From assembly GCA_002010065.2 (NCBI GenBank), contig MTMD02000002.1, positions 160,001 to 224,000 on the forward strand: 64,000 bases of DNA, read 5' to 3'. The notes below the pieces were generated by a model that saw only the letters and a program-made list of their open reading frames with translations, ran no database searches and was not told the origin of the DNA. Below, piece by piece: positions 48,685 to 57,439 of this stretch; the stretch's first letter is position 1, and each line of letters opens with the position of its first letter. This DNA is from Candidatus Pyrohabitans jungbluthii (GTDB lineage Archaea; Hydrothermarchaeota; Hydrothermarchaeia; Hydrothermarchaeales; BMS3B). The translations under genes were made by a program, and so were the position numbers.

Positions 48685-49770
48685 TTACAGCAGTGATTTG
48701 CCCTGGTAGGTTATTAACCTTATGGTTTCTTCGTTGAGTTTCACCACTTCTTCTGGCAGAGGGGCATAGTGAAGCTCCGGCGCATACTTCTGCCCGTCGT
48801 GGATAACCCACCACAGGAATTCCACTAGCGCTTTAGCCTTGGCTTCTGTCATGCCAGGAATCACCGCCAAATCCCTGTAGACCAGCAGATAGGTGAAGCT
48901 GGATATGGGGTATGCATTTTCTCCGGGAGCATTGACTATGCTCACCTTTGCCCAGGATTCGTCGCCCTTGGGCAGGGTTGCAACTGCACCCGCGGCAGCC
49001 GCGGCGACGCTTTCAATGCTGGGCTCGACGAAGTTGCCTGCCCTGTTCTTTATGCGCGCGTAGCTTATGCGGTTCTCAATCGCATACGCAAGTTCAACGT
49101 AGCCTATGGAGTAGGGGTTCTGCTTCACCAAGCCAGAGACGCCCTCGTTGCCCTTACCTCCCAAACCAAGAGGCCAGCTTAGAGACTTGCCCTTGCCCAC
49201 CTTCTCGCGCCACTCCGGGCTCACGGCGGAGAGATAGTCGGAGAACACGAAGGTGGTGCCGCTTCCATCACTGCGGTGCACCACTATTATCTGCTCATCC
49301 GGCAGGTCAACGTGCGGGTTGAGTTCCACTATTCTGGGGTCGTTCCACTTTGTTATCTTGCCCAGGAATATGTCGGCCACAACCTCGCCGCTGAGCCTTA
49401 GCTTGTTCTCAACCCCAGGCAGGTTGTACACCACCACGACGGCGCCGATGGTTTCGGGTATGTGAAGTATGCCCTCCATTTTGCGGTACTCTTCTTCCTT
49501 AAGCGGGGCATCGCTGGCGCCAAAATCTACTGTCTTCGCCATTGTCTGCTTAATCCCGCCGCCGCTGCCTATGCTCTGGTAGTTTATCTTAATATTGGGT
49601 TTCAGCTTGTGGTACTCATAGCTCCACTTGGATATCAGCGGGTAGGGAAAGCTTGCCCCCGCTCCGGTGATGGTTATCTCCTCAGCTCCGGCATCAGCTT
49701 TGCCACCATCTCCAGTGCAGCCAGCGAAGAGCAGCGCAGCAAGTAAAGGCAGTAGTAATACCCTGGTCAT
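48685..49770 (-). CDS. pstS: phosphate-binding lipoprotein
   Basis: Lipobox FAGC; GAGASFP, SIGSGGG, DFGASD, RSDGSGTT. Confidence 0.95.
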   Translation of the reverse strand: MTRVLLLPLLAALLFAGCTGDGGKADAGAEEITITGAGASFPYPLISKWSYEYHKLKPNIKINYQSIGSGGGIKQTMAKTVDFGASDAPLKEEEYRKMEGILHIPETIGAVVVVYNLPGVENKLRLSGEVVADIFLGKITKWNDPRIVELNPHVDLPDEQIIVVHRSDGSGTTFVFSDYLSAVSPEWREKVGKGKSLSWPLGLGGKGNEGVSGLVKQNPYSIGYVELAYAIENRISYARIKNRAGNFVEPSIESVAAAAAGAVATLPKGDESWAKVSIVNAPGENAYPISSFTYLLVYRDLAVIPGMTEAKAKALVEFLWWVIHDGQKYAPELHYAPLPEEVVKLNEETIRLITYQGKSLL

Positions 49771-49815
49771 GTCTCGTCACCTCTCTTTTTATATGGGGTT
49801 GTGTAAGCGGAATTA

Positions 49816-49850
49816 TATATATTGTGTAAATACTATATATACAATATATA
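49816..49850. promoter_or_regulatory. AT-rich inverted repeat in the pstS promoter (phosphate-box candidate)
   Basis: TATATATTGTGTA-N9-TATACAATATATA, one mismatch. Confidence 0.4.
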
Positions 49851-50070
49851 CTTTAAAGAGATACATATAAGCTATTTATGCGCTGCTTTAGATGTCATAA
49901 AAACAGGTATTGAAAGCCAAAAATTGTATGAGCATATATGAATCCATAGGTTGAAGTATGAGCCCCTTCATATCTCCTGTGAAATCTTCTCAATTAACTT
50001 TATATTTGCTTTTCACCATTTTTGAGTAAAAAGTGGAAAGAATATGAGAGAATCAGTCGCTTTGGTTTGT

Positions 50071-50100
50071 GAAGCAGTATCCTTTGAAGCAATACCCTTT
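50071..50100 (+). repeat. 15-bp tandem repeat upstream of the MBL hydrolase
   Basis: GAAGCAGTATCCTTT GAAGCAATACCCTTT, running into TTTAAA. Confidence 0.55.
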
Positions 50101-50128
50101 AAATCTAAGGCAGAAAGAGGCGAGCGCA

Positions 50129-50818
50129 ATGTGCCGGGAGATTATTGAGGGGCTATACCAGATAAAGGCAAAGAAGCCGGGCTCTCATGCCTACTTAATA
50201 AAAGGAAAGGACCTCACCATACTCGTGGATTCTGGCGTGCATCAGCACATGGCAGAGCTTGAGGAGAGCCTGGCAAGCGCCGGCGTGGCAATAGGCGACA
50301 TAGATATTCTGATCAACACCCACGAGCATTTCGACCACATAGGCGCGAACAAGTTTTTCCAGGATAGCGTAATGGTTGCTGCACACAGAAGCGCGGCTGT
50401 GAAGATAGTAACGGGTGACGAGGAGGTGACCATGTGCAGGGCGCATGCCCAGCATGTGACAGGCTACAAAGTTCACATGTGGCTGAACAACGTAGATTTA
50501 ATCGACGCTGGCGATTTTAAGTTAAAAATTCTCCATACCCCCGGGCACACTTCCGGCTGTCTTTGCATCTATGAGCCCAGAAAACACGTCCTCATCTCTG
50601 GCGACACAGTCTTTGCCAAGGGCACAATAGCGAGTGTCTACAAGTCGGGCAGCCTTGGCGAGTACCTCAACTCCCTGCGCAGGCTTGCCACGATGAAAAT
50701 CCAGCTTCTCCTGCCGGGGCATGGTATAATTTCTGATAACGCCGAGGAAGACATAACAAAGGCGATTGAGAATGTGGAGACTCTCATGAATGAGAGGCGT
50801 AATGAATTACCAGGTTAG
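50129..50818 (+). CDS. metallo-beta-lactamase fold hydrolase (glyoxalase II-like)
   Basis: THEHFDHIG, HTPGHT, SGD, LPGHG. Confidence 0.88.
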   Translation: MCREIIEGLYQIKAKKPGSHAYLIKGKDLTILVDSGVHQHMAELEESLASAGVAIGDIDILINTHEHFDHIGANKFFQDSVMVAAHRSAAVKIVTGDEEVTMCRAHAQHVTGYKVHMWLNNVDLIDAGDFKLKILHTPGHTSGCLCIYEPRKHVLISGDTVFAKGTIASVYKSGSLGEYLNSLRRLATMKIQLLLPGHGIISDNAEEDITKAIENVETLMNERRNELPG

Positions 50819-50878
50819 TTTTCCAAACCGGAAACATAATCTTTATCTAATAAGGATAGTGAAGATACACCGAGGGGG

Positions 50879-51292
50879 ATGGTGGCTAGCGTAGAAGATG
50901 TTATGACACCGGCGGTTAAGACGGTAGAGCGCTACGCTTCAGTGCTTGAAGCAACCAAGATAATGGAGGATATGCTCCTCGGCGCTCTCGTAGTAGTGGA
51001 GCGCAGTAGAGCTGTGGGCATAATTACAGAGCGGGATGTTATTCATCGCGTGGTTAACGCTGGCCTTGACCCTAAGCGCACGAGCGTTGGCGAGGTGATG
51101 AGTTCGCCCGTTGTCACGATAACCCCTGAGGCTTCAATAGAGAAGGCAGCGCAGGTAATGGTGGAGAAGAGAATAAAGAAGCTGCCTGTGCTGAAAAATG
51201 GCCGTCTAGTGGGAATTATCACCGCCACCGACATAGTGCGCGAGGTTCCCCACCTGCGTGAGGAGATTCTCACCACATTTAAGAAGCTTTAG
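50879..51292 (+). CDS. CBS-domain protein
   Basis: Two CBS repeats: GIITERD, VMSSPVVTI, LVGIIT. Confidence 0.88.
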   Translation: MVASVEDVMTPAVKTVERYASVLEATKIMEDMLLGALVVVERSRAVGIITERDVIHRVVNAGLDPKRTSVGEVMSSPVVTITPEASIEKAAQVMVEKRIKKLPVLKNGRLVGIITATDIVREVPHLREEILTTFKKL

Positions 51293-51322
51293 GAAATAGT
51301 CCATCATTTCAATTGGCTTGTT

Positions 51323-51700
51323 TTATTTAGTGCAGTATTCAATCCATTCACACCTGCCGCAAATTTCAGGAAGCTCGCTCTTCGGAATTTTTTCGACGAG
51401 ATTTGAGACTTCCTGGTAGCTCATTTTCATTCCAATGCTGAGCTTCAGCTTTGATATAACCATACCGTCCAGCTCCCTGACCTTATCTTCGCTGTTCTCC
51501 GACTTCAGGCACTTTTCGTTCTTGAAATGCGGACAGGCTTTGCAAATCTCATCGCCGCCATCGACTATTTCAATTGCTGGATTTTGCTCTAGCCTTCTCA
51601 TAACTTCCCTGAAATTTTCAACAAAGCTCTCGCTGTATCCCTTGCCCTTAAACCCGCGGATGCAGAGCAGGTGGTGAGGGCGAAGCTTAATTGCGTCCAT
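51323..51700 (-). CDS. DUF1284 family Cys-rich (putative Fe-S/metal-binding) protein
   Basis: LRPHHLLC..GF.GKGYS, DEICKACP, ICGRCEW..YC. Confidence 0.85.
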   Translation of the reverse strand: MDAIKLRPHHLLCIRGFKGKGYSESFVENFREVMRRLEQNPAIEIVDGGDEICKACPHFKNEKCLKSENSEDKVRELDGMVISKLKLSIGMKMSYQEVSNLVEKIPKSELPEICGRCEWIEYCTK

Positions 51701-51862
51701 GTAGCTGAATTGCATATGCAACAGATAAAATTTTCATAACCTGAACTTTCCAGGCAGCGAATAAACATAGCTCATCGCATTGCAGAGAGGACTATTCGCC
51801 TTCCTTTTGTGTTTTTAATCCCTATGAAGTTAAATATATAAACCACGGAGTTAATCTAAAGC

Positions 51863-52606
51863 ATGGGCGATAGCATGATTATCGATGCTCATGTGCATCT
51901 GGGGGGTCCCGATAAGGGGGATGGCTCAAAGCAGAGTGTGGAGGAGCTTCTGGAGCGCATGCAGAAGGCTGGCGTTGATAAAGCTGTGGTCTTTCCCTTC
52001 AACGAAGCCGAGCCCGGTATAAGCTTTGCCAGCGCCAACAATTTTATAGCCAAGGCGCAGCGGGAGCATGCGGAGCGCATAATTGGCTTTGCCCGCTTAG
52101 ACCCGCACTTCCGCGAGGCGTCTATAATGGAGGCGAAGCGCGCCCTCCGCGAGCTTGGCTTAAAGGGCATTAAGCTGCACCCCGCGGCGCAGAAATTCTA
52201 CCCGGACCACCCCTTTGTGATTAGAATCATCGAAGCTGCGGCGCGCTTCTCTGCGCCTGTGGTCTTCGACAACGGCAAACCCGAAGCACAGAACATGGCT
52301 ATTGCAGCCCTCGCTGACCGCGTGCCCGAGGCTACGATTATCTTAGCCCACATGCGGGGCGAAGGGTTCATCGAGGCCTGCGAGGGCAGACCCAATGTTT
52401 ACCTGGGTACGGTTAAGGCAGACCCCAAAGATGTGCTGGAAGCTGTGGACAGGCTTGGGGCGGAGAGGATAATCGCTGGCAGCGATGCTCCGTATGCGAG
52501 CATGCAGTATGAGATGGTGGACAAGTTCGAGGAGCTTGAGAGCCTATCTGAGGAGGAGAAGGCGCTGATTCGCGGGGGCAACATTGCGAGGCTTCTCGGG
52601 CTTTAG
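51863..52606 (+). CDS. amidohydrolase_2 family metal-dependent hydrolase
   Basis: IDAHVH, GIKLHP, ILAHM, AGSDAPY. Confidence 0.85.
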   Translation: MGDSMIIDAHVHLGGPDKGDGSKQSVEELLERMQKAGVDKAVVFPFNEAEPGISFASANNFIAKAQREHAERIIGFARLDPHFREASIMEAKRALRELGLKGIKLHPAAQKFYPDHPFVIRIIEAAARFSAPVVFDNGKPEAQNMAIAALADRVPEATIILAHMRGEGFIEACEGRPNVYLGTVKADPKDVLEAVDRLGAERIIAGSDAPYASMQYEMVDKFEELESLSEEEKALIRGGNIARLLGL

Positions 52607-52894
52607 CTAGCCCCCTGCTATGGCTGGCACTATTGTTATTACGTCGCTGTCCTTTACCTCTGTATCCTCTCCGGCTAAGTGGTTTATTCCAACGCCGTTA
52701 ACCATGAAGATAAGCTCTCGCCTCAGCCTCCCATCCTTAAATAGAAGCTCATAAGCTTCGGGTTTCCCCTCGCACAGCCTGAGAAGCACTTCTTTAAGCT
52801 TCTGCTTCCCATTCACCGGGATTTCCACGCTTTCAGCCCCGAGAAGGTTCTGGAGCACATAGTGCAGGGATACTTCTATTTTAACCATGCCCAC
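52607..52894 (-). CDS. MoaD/ThiS/SAMP ubiquitin-like sulfur carrier
   Basis: Beta-grasp size; FMVNG; C-terminal PAIAGG. Confidence 0.88.
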   Translation of the reverse strand: MGMVKIEVSLHYVLQNLLGAESVEIPVNGKQKLKEVLLRLCEGKPEAYELLFKDGRLRRELIFMVNGVGINHLAGEDTEVKDSDVITIVPAIAGG

Positions 52895-52963
52895 TCACCC
52901 AAGCTCAACATAAGGAAATTTTATAAAGCATGATTGAAATACCAAAGCTAAGGAGGTAAGATC

Positions 52964-53431
52964 ATGGTCAAGATCAGCGTGGGAAGCAAGGAGGAGTGCA
53001 CTTGGGAGCTGCCAGATGAGCTTTACTACCATCCTAAGGACCACATATGGGCGAAGGTGGAAGGTGACCTTGTGCGCGTGGGTTTAGATGCCTTTGGCGC
53101 CTATGCCGCGGGCAGAATTCAACAGCTGAGAACATTTCCAAAGGGCAGGCAGGTGCGCAAGGACCAGGCGTTTGGAAACTTGGAGAGCGGGAAGTTTATA
53201 GGCCCCCTTCGCGCGCCTGTGGCGGGGGAGATAGTGGAGATAAATCAGGAGGTTGTGAGCAACCCCAGCAAGATTAACGACTCACCCTACGAGGCGTGGA
53301 TTGCTGTAATAAAACCTACAAACCTTGAGGAGGATCTCAAAGACCTTCCCCATGGCGAAGAGGGAATAAAAGCCTGGATGGAGAAGGAGATAGAGGAGTA
53401 CAAGAAGAAAGAGGTCCTCAAGTGCGACTGA
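52964..53431 (+). CDS. GcvH-like lipoate-binding protein (LbpA-like)
   Basis: LPDELYY...HIW, VRVG, lipoyl-Lys motif LESGKFIGPLRAPVAGEIVEIN, INDSPY; Cys near both termini. Confidence 0.82.
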   Translation: MVKISVGSKEECTWELPDELYYHPKDHIWAKVEGDLVRVGLDAFGAYAAGRIQQLRTFPKGRQVRKDQAFGNLESGKFIGPLRAPVAGEIVEINQEVVSNPSKINDSPYEAWIAVIKPTNLEEDLKDLPHGEEGIKAWMEKEIEEYKKKEVLKCD

Positions 53432-53462
53432 AAGGGGTAGCGCCCTTTTAGCTACCCTTTTA
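53431..53462 (+). terminator. hairpin terminator candidate after the GcvH-like gene
   Basis: GGGTAGC...GCTACCC stem followed by TTTT. Confidence 0.5.
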
Positions 53463-53505
53463 TCTGCGCGCCCCCGTTTAGCATCCTCTACTAGTGGCGA
53501 TTCCA

Positions 53506-54231
53506 ATGACAGAGCTTCTCTATCTCAAGGACAGCTACCTGCACACCTTTGAGGCGAGGGTGCTTCGAGGAGACGCTAGCAAGGTTGTGTTGGACCGCAC
53601 GGCCTTTTACCCCGAGGGTGGGGGACAGCCCACAGATACAGGCACTCTTATTTATGAGGGTGAGCGCTACCAGGTTTACAAAGTGAAGCGCGAGGGTGGC
53701 GAAGTGGTACACTACTGCGAGGGCGCAGAGCTTAAGGAGGGTGATGTGGTCAGAGGCGAAATCGACTGGCAGAGACGCTATACCTTCATGCGCTACCACA
53801 CTGCGCTGCATATCTTAGCGAAGGTGCTCTTCGACGAGTTTGGCGCCGTTGTGACTGGCAACCAGATTGGCCTAGAGAAGTCGCGCATGGACTTCGACGT
53901 GGCAAACTTTGACCGCTCTGTTCTGCCAGAGATTGAAGCAAAAGCGAACGAGGCAATCGCTCAAGGGCATGAGGTGAAGATATACACCCTGCCTAGAGAG
54001 GAGGCTTTTGAGAGGGTTAACCCAAGAAAGACCCGCATAGATCTAATCCCCAAGAGCATTCGCGAGATTCGCCTTGTGGAAATCGTCGGCTACGATATAG
54101 ACGCCTGCGGAGGTACGCATGTAGCGAACACCCGCGAAATAGGAGGTATAAAGATAAACAGCTTCAAGAGCAAGGGAAAGAGGAACAAGCGCATAGAGGT
54201 GGTGCTCAGCAAGAGTTCGCAAGGTGATTAA
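53506..54231 (+). CDS. alaX: alanyl-tRNA editing protein AlaX-M
   Basis: TAFYPEGGGQP, MRYHTALH, DACGGTHV. Confidence 0.92.
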   Translation: MTELLYLKDSYLHTFEARVLRGDASKVVLDRTAFYPEGGGQPTDTGTLIYEGERYQVYKVKREGGEVVHYCEGAELKEGDVVRGEIDWQRRYTFMRYHTALHILAKVLFDEFGAVVTGNQIGLEKSRMDFDVANFDRSVLPEIEAKANEAIAQGHEVKIYTLPREEAFERVNPRKTRIDLIPKSIREIRLVEIVGYDIDACGGTHVANTREIGGIKINSFKSKGKRNKRIEVVLSKSSQGD

Positions 54232-54285
54232 GCGCAGGGAGGATACTCAGCAAAGTTTTTAAACGCCCCTTGCAAACAACTTACG

Positions 54286-55179
54286 ATGAATTTCCAACGC
54301 GAAAAGATTCCAAGAAAGAAAATAATACTTTCTTTTTTACTTGCTTTTGTAATCCTATATTTGATAATATCCAATATCTCCATAGATTTGCTGCTATCAT
54401 ACTTAAAGAATGTAAACCCGGTGTTGTATGTTTCTGGATTTGTGGCTTTCTACTTTTCAATATTTGTTAGAGGCATTCGCTGGAAATATCTCTTAGACAG
54501 AGTAAATATTCCATTAACATTATGGACAAACCTTAAGGTATATTTTCTTTCATGGTTCTTCAACTGTATTTTTCCGGCAAAAATGGGTGATATTTACCGT
54601 GGATACTATGTGAAATCCCACTTCTCAAAAATTATTGGCAGGATATTTTTAGAGAGAGTTGTGGATGTTTCTACGCTTATATTTCTGGTGGTCATTACTT
54701 CATTTTTATACCTTAAAAAAATACCCCATATTCTCTCCCGCCCCATGGAAATCGGAGTTTTACTTTCAATCGCAGCTATTTTGGCTATAATTGCAATTAG
54801 ACGTGTTTCATTATCGAGGAGATTCTTTATAGCATTTAAAGAGGGAGCATCTGTCAACCGGGGGGAGATACCTGTAATACTTGCGTTATCATTTCTCATC
54901 TGGATTTTGGAGTCTACACGGCTTTTCTTTGTGGCGGACGCTACCGGGATAGAGCTAAGTTTTGGTGTGGCTATTTTCATCGCCCTAGCAGCGTCTCTGC
55001 TCACGGCCTTTCCTACACCAGCAGGCTTAGGTGCTGTGGAGCTTGGAATCGCTGGCCTGCTTATCCTCTTTGGCATAGAAAAGGAGGTTGCCATCTCCAT
55101 TGCCCTGCTGGATAGATTAATAAGCTACTGGAGCATACTTGTGTTCGGTGGTATACTTTATGCGGCCAAAGGGAGATAG
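54286..55179 (+). CDS. flippase-like (LPG synthase TM / AglD2-like) membrane protein
   Basis: RGIRW, PAKMGD, ERVVD, PAGLGAVE, DRLISYW. Confidence 0.85.
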   Translation: MNFQREKIPRKKIILSFLLAFVILYLIISNISIDLLLSYLKNVNPVLYVSGFVAFYFSIFVRGIRWKYLLDRVNIPLTLWTNLKVYFLSWFFNCIFPAKMGDIYRGYYVKSHFSKIIGRIFLERVVDVSTLIFLVVITSFLYLKKIPHILSRPMEIGVLLSIAAILAIIAIRRVSLSRRFFIAFKEGASVNRGEIPVILALSFLIWILESTRLFFVADATGIELSFGVAIFIALAASLLTAFPTPAGLGAVELGIAGLLILFGIEKEVAISIALLDRLISYWSILVFGGILYAAKGR

Positions 55180-55864
55180 CTTTTCTCTGGTAATCCCCGC
55201 TTACAACGAGGAGAAGAGAATAGAAGATGTTCTGAAGGCTTATAAGGACGTGGCTGATGAAGTGATTGTGGTAGCAAACGGTTGTACCGATGCAACCGTT
55301 GAAATAGTAGGTAAATTCTCTAAGAAATACCCGAATATCAAGCTCGTGGTGTTTGAAGAAAAGCTTGGCAAGGGTGGTGCGGTTATTGAGGGGTTTAAAA
55401 AGGCTTCTCATAGCATCGTCGGCTTCGTGGATTCCGACCTTTCAGTGCCCCCAGAGGAGCTGAGGCGTTTGGTCAGAATACTTAAAAAAAGCGGAGAGTT
55501 TGCAGGGGTGATAGGAAGTAGACGTGCGGAAGGTTCTGAGATTGTTATCAAGCAGCCATTTTTCAGGAGATTGTCGAGTAGAATCTTCAATTTGCTTGTG
55601 AGAACACTTTTTGGATTGAAATTCAAAGATACCCAGTGCGGGGCTAAGATATTTAGAAAATCTGCCATAGATGCTGTAATCGATTCTATTTATACCAAAG
55701 GCTATGAGTTCGATGTTGAGCTTCTGTGGAAGCTTGATAAGAAGGGTTTTGTGATTAAAGAAGTGGGTATTAGATGGAGACATTCCGGAGAATCAAAATT
55801 CAGACTTTCTTATGGTCCAGAGATGCTCATAAATTTATTGAGAATACGTTTTTTCAGTAAATAG
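55160..55864 (+). CDS. GT2 dolichyl/polyprenyl-phosphate glycosyltransferase
   Basis: VIPAYNE, GKGGAV, FVDSD, IGSR, DTQCG.K, FDVELL. Confidence 0.9.
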   Translation: MRPKGDSFSLVIPAYNEEKRIEDVLKAYKDVADEVIVVANGCTDATVEIVGKFSKKYPNIKLVVFEEKLGKGGAVIEGFKKASHSIVGFVDSDLSVPPEELRRLVRILKKSGEFAGVIGSRRAEGSEIVIKQPFFRRLSSRIFNLLVRTLFGLKFKDTQCGAKIFRKSAIDAVIDSIYTKGYEFDVELLWKLDKKGFVIKEVGIRWRHSGESKFRLSYGPEMLINLLRIRFFSK

Positions 55865-57429
55865 CCAACAAGAGCGAAAGCTGAAAAAATCGAGATAATC
55901 TTAGCCAACCGCCTAATCAGGGTATCCTCAAAGCTTATGTAGATTCTGTTGTAGCCCTCGGGTACGTAAAATGTGATTAGCCCACTCTCATCAGGATAGA
56001 GCATTGCCTTTGCACCATTAATTTCCACCTCCCAGCCGGGGAAGTAGAATATTGGGAGGGTGATGTTCTGCGCCTGTGTAAAGTTGCCCTCCATGTAGTA
56101 GCGGTTGCATCCCACAGGTGCGGCATCGAAAGGCCATGGGATTCTATCTCTCTGCCTCAGTTCTGAGTAATTGCTGACCCACCTTGGGAGGAGCTCATTC
56201 TCTCCTACAGTAGTTTTAGGTCCGATTTTCTTGACATACTGATAGTTGTACAATGCCAGCTTCTCATCTTGTACTGGAAGTATGAATAGAACTGGTATTG
56301 AATATAGAATAAAAATTATTCCAAAGAGTAGTGCAAAAACTTTTATCTCTCTCCCCCCTCTAAAGATTGTGAGGAAGGCAGCTGAAAGAAAAGATGCCGC
56401 GAAGGAAGCAATCAAAAGAAATCGCCATGGAAAAAGAACAAAATCAAAAAATGGTATAATATCCCATAAAATTTTTGACTGGTGTAGTGAAAAGAATATG
56501 GATATCAAAAGAGTTGACGTAAAATAGGCAATGTATCGTTTAAGATTTTTATTGCCCTTGTATAATAAGTATAGGGCTAACAGTGAGAATATTACATGGA
56601 TATCGCCGATTTGAAAGCTCATCCCATCTCCGGGGCCTGGTACACTTAACCCAAAACCCCATCTTTTTTCGAAGAGCTGGGAAAAATAAACAAAGTGGTC
56701 AGCATAATTAAATGTGGGGTTTGGATATAAGTATCTAAATTCTGCTATCGCCGGCAGCCAATAGAAGGCGCTTAGTCCCAGTCCGAGTAAAAGAAAAGCT
56801 GTGGTTTTCAGTCGTTCTTTCTGAAGCAACACGAAAAGAAAGATAAAGGGCGTTGAAATAAAGGCTGGAATGTTGTGGGTAAGTATAAGGAGTGCATAAG
56901 ACAAGGATATCAAAGGATAATACTCTGCTCTACTATTCGCCTTGAGGATGGAATAAAACACTAGCGGGAGAAATATAAAAGTGAGAAATTCAGGCAAGGC
57001 GCCTCTAACATAGGCGTCGAGGAGATGGTAGGGGGCGTAAATGTAGGCAACCGCCGCGACGATAGCTGGTGCTTCTCCCAGAATCTCCCTTGCAAAAAGA
57101 AACATTGCTATGCCAGAGAGCACAAAGCCAGCAATGAAGGTAGCGACTATCGCCTCAGGAAAGTCAACGCCAAGAATGTGAAAGACCTCTGCAAAGTAAT
57201 AGGTAAAGGGAGAATAGTAGTTAAAAAGAGGCATGCCATAACCATGCGCCAATTCCTGTATCCAGCGAGGGTAGAAGCAGCCTTCTCTTAGAGCATTGTC
57301 AAAGAGAATAAGCCTATCCAAATGAAAAAAAGTATCATGACTATAAAAGAATCTTATTCCCATAAATGGCTTCACAGCAAAAATAGCTGCGATTGCTGCG
57401 ACAATAGCAGATTTGTATGTCTCCTTCAT
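55810..57429 (-). CDS. multi-pass GT-C-like membrane protein (6-pyruvoyl-tetrahydropterin synthase-related/YfhO-like)
   Basis: SHDTFFH, YPRW, GYGMPLFNYYSP, VRGALPE, FPWRFL, FYFPGW. Confidence 0.75.
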   Translation of the reverse strand: MKETYKSAIVAAIAAIFAVKPFMGIRFFYSHDTFFHLDRLILFDNALREGCFYPRWIQELAHGYGMPLFNYYSPFTYYFAEVFHILGVDFPEAIVATFIAGFVLSGIAMFLFAREILGEAPAIVAAVAYIYAPYHLLDAYVRGALPEFLTFIFLPLVFYSILKANSRAEYYPLISLSYALLILTHNIPAFISTPFIFLFVLLQKERLKTTAFLLLGLGLSAFYWLPAIAEFRYLYPNPTFNYADHFVYFSQLFEKRWGFGLSVPGPGDGMSFQIGDIHVIFSLLALYLLYKGNKNLKRYIAYFTSTLLISIFFSLHQSKILWDIIPFFDFVLFPWRFLLIASFAASFLSAAFLTIFRGGREIKVFALLFGIIFILYSIPVLFILPVQDEKLALYNYQYVKKIGPKTTVGENELLPRWVSNYSELRQRDRIPWPFDAAPVGCNRYYMEGNFTQAQNITLPIFYFPGWEVEINGAKAMLYPDESGLITFYVPEGYNRIYISFEDTLIRRLAKIISIFSAFALVGYLLKKRILNKFMSISGP

Positions 57430-57439
57430 TCCCGCCCAC

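Noticed and set aside
49880-49980. 27-codon minus-strand ORF beginning MKGLIL after GGAGA
   Set aside because: Too short; resemblance to nucleotidyltransferase N-termini stops after six residues.
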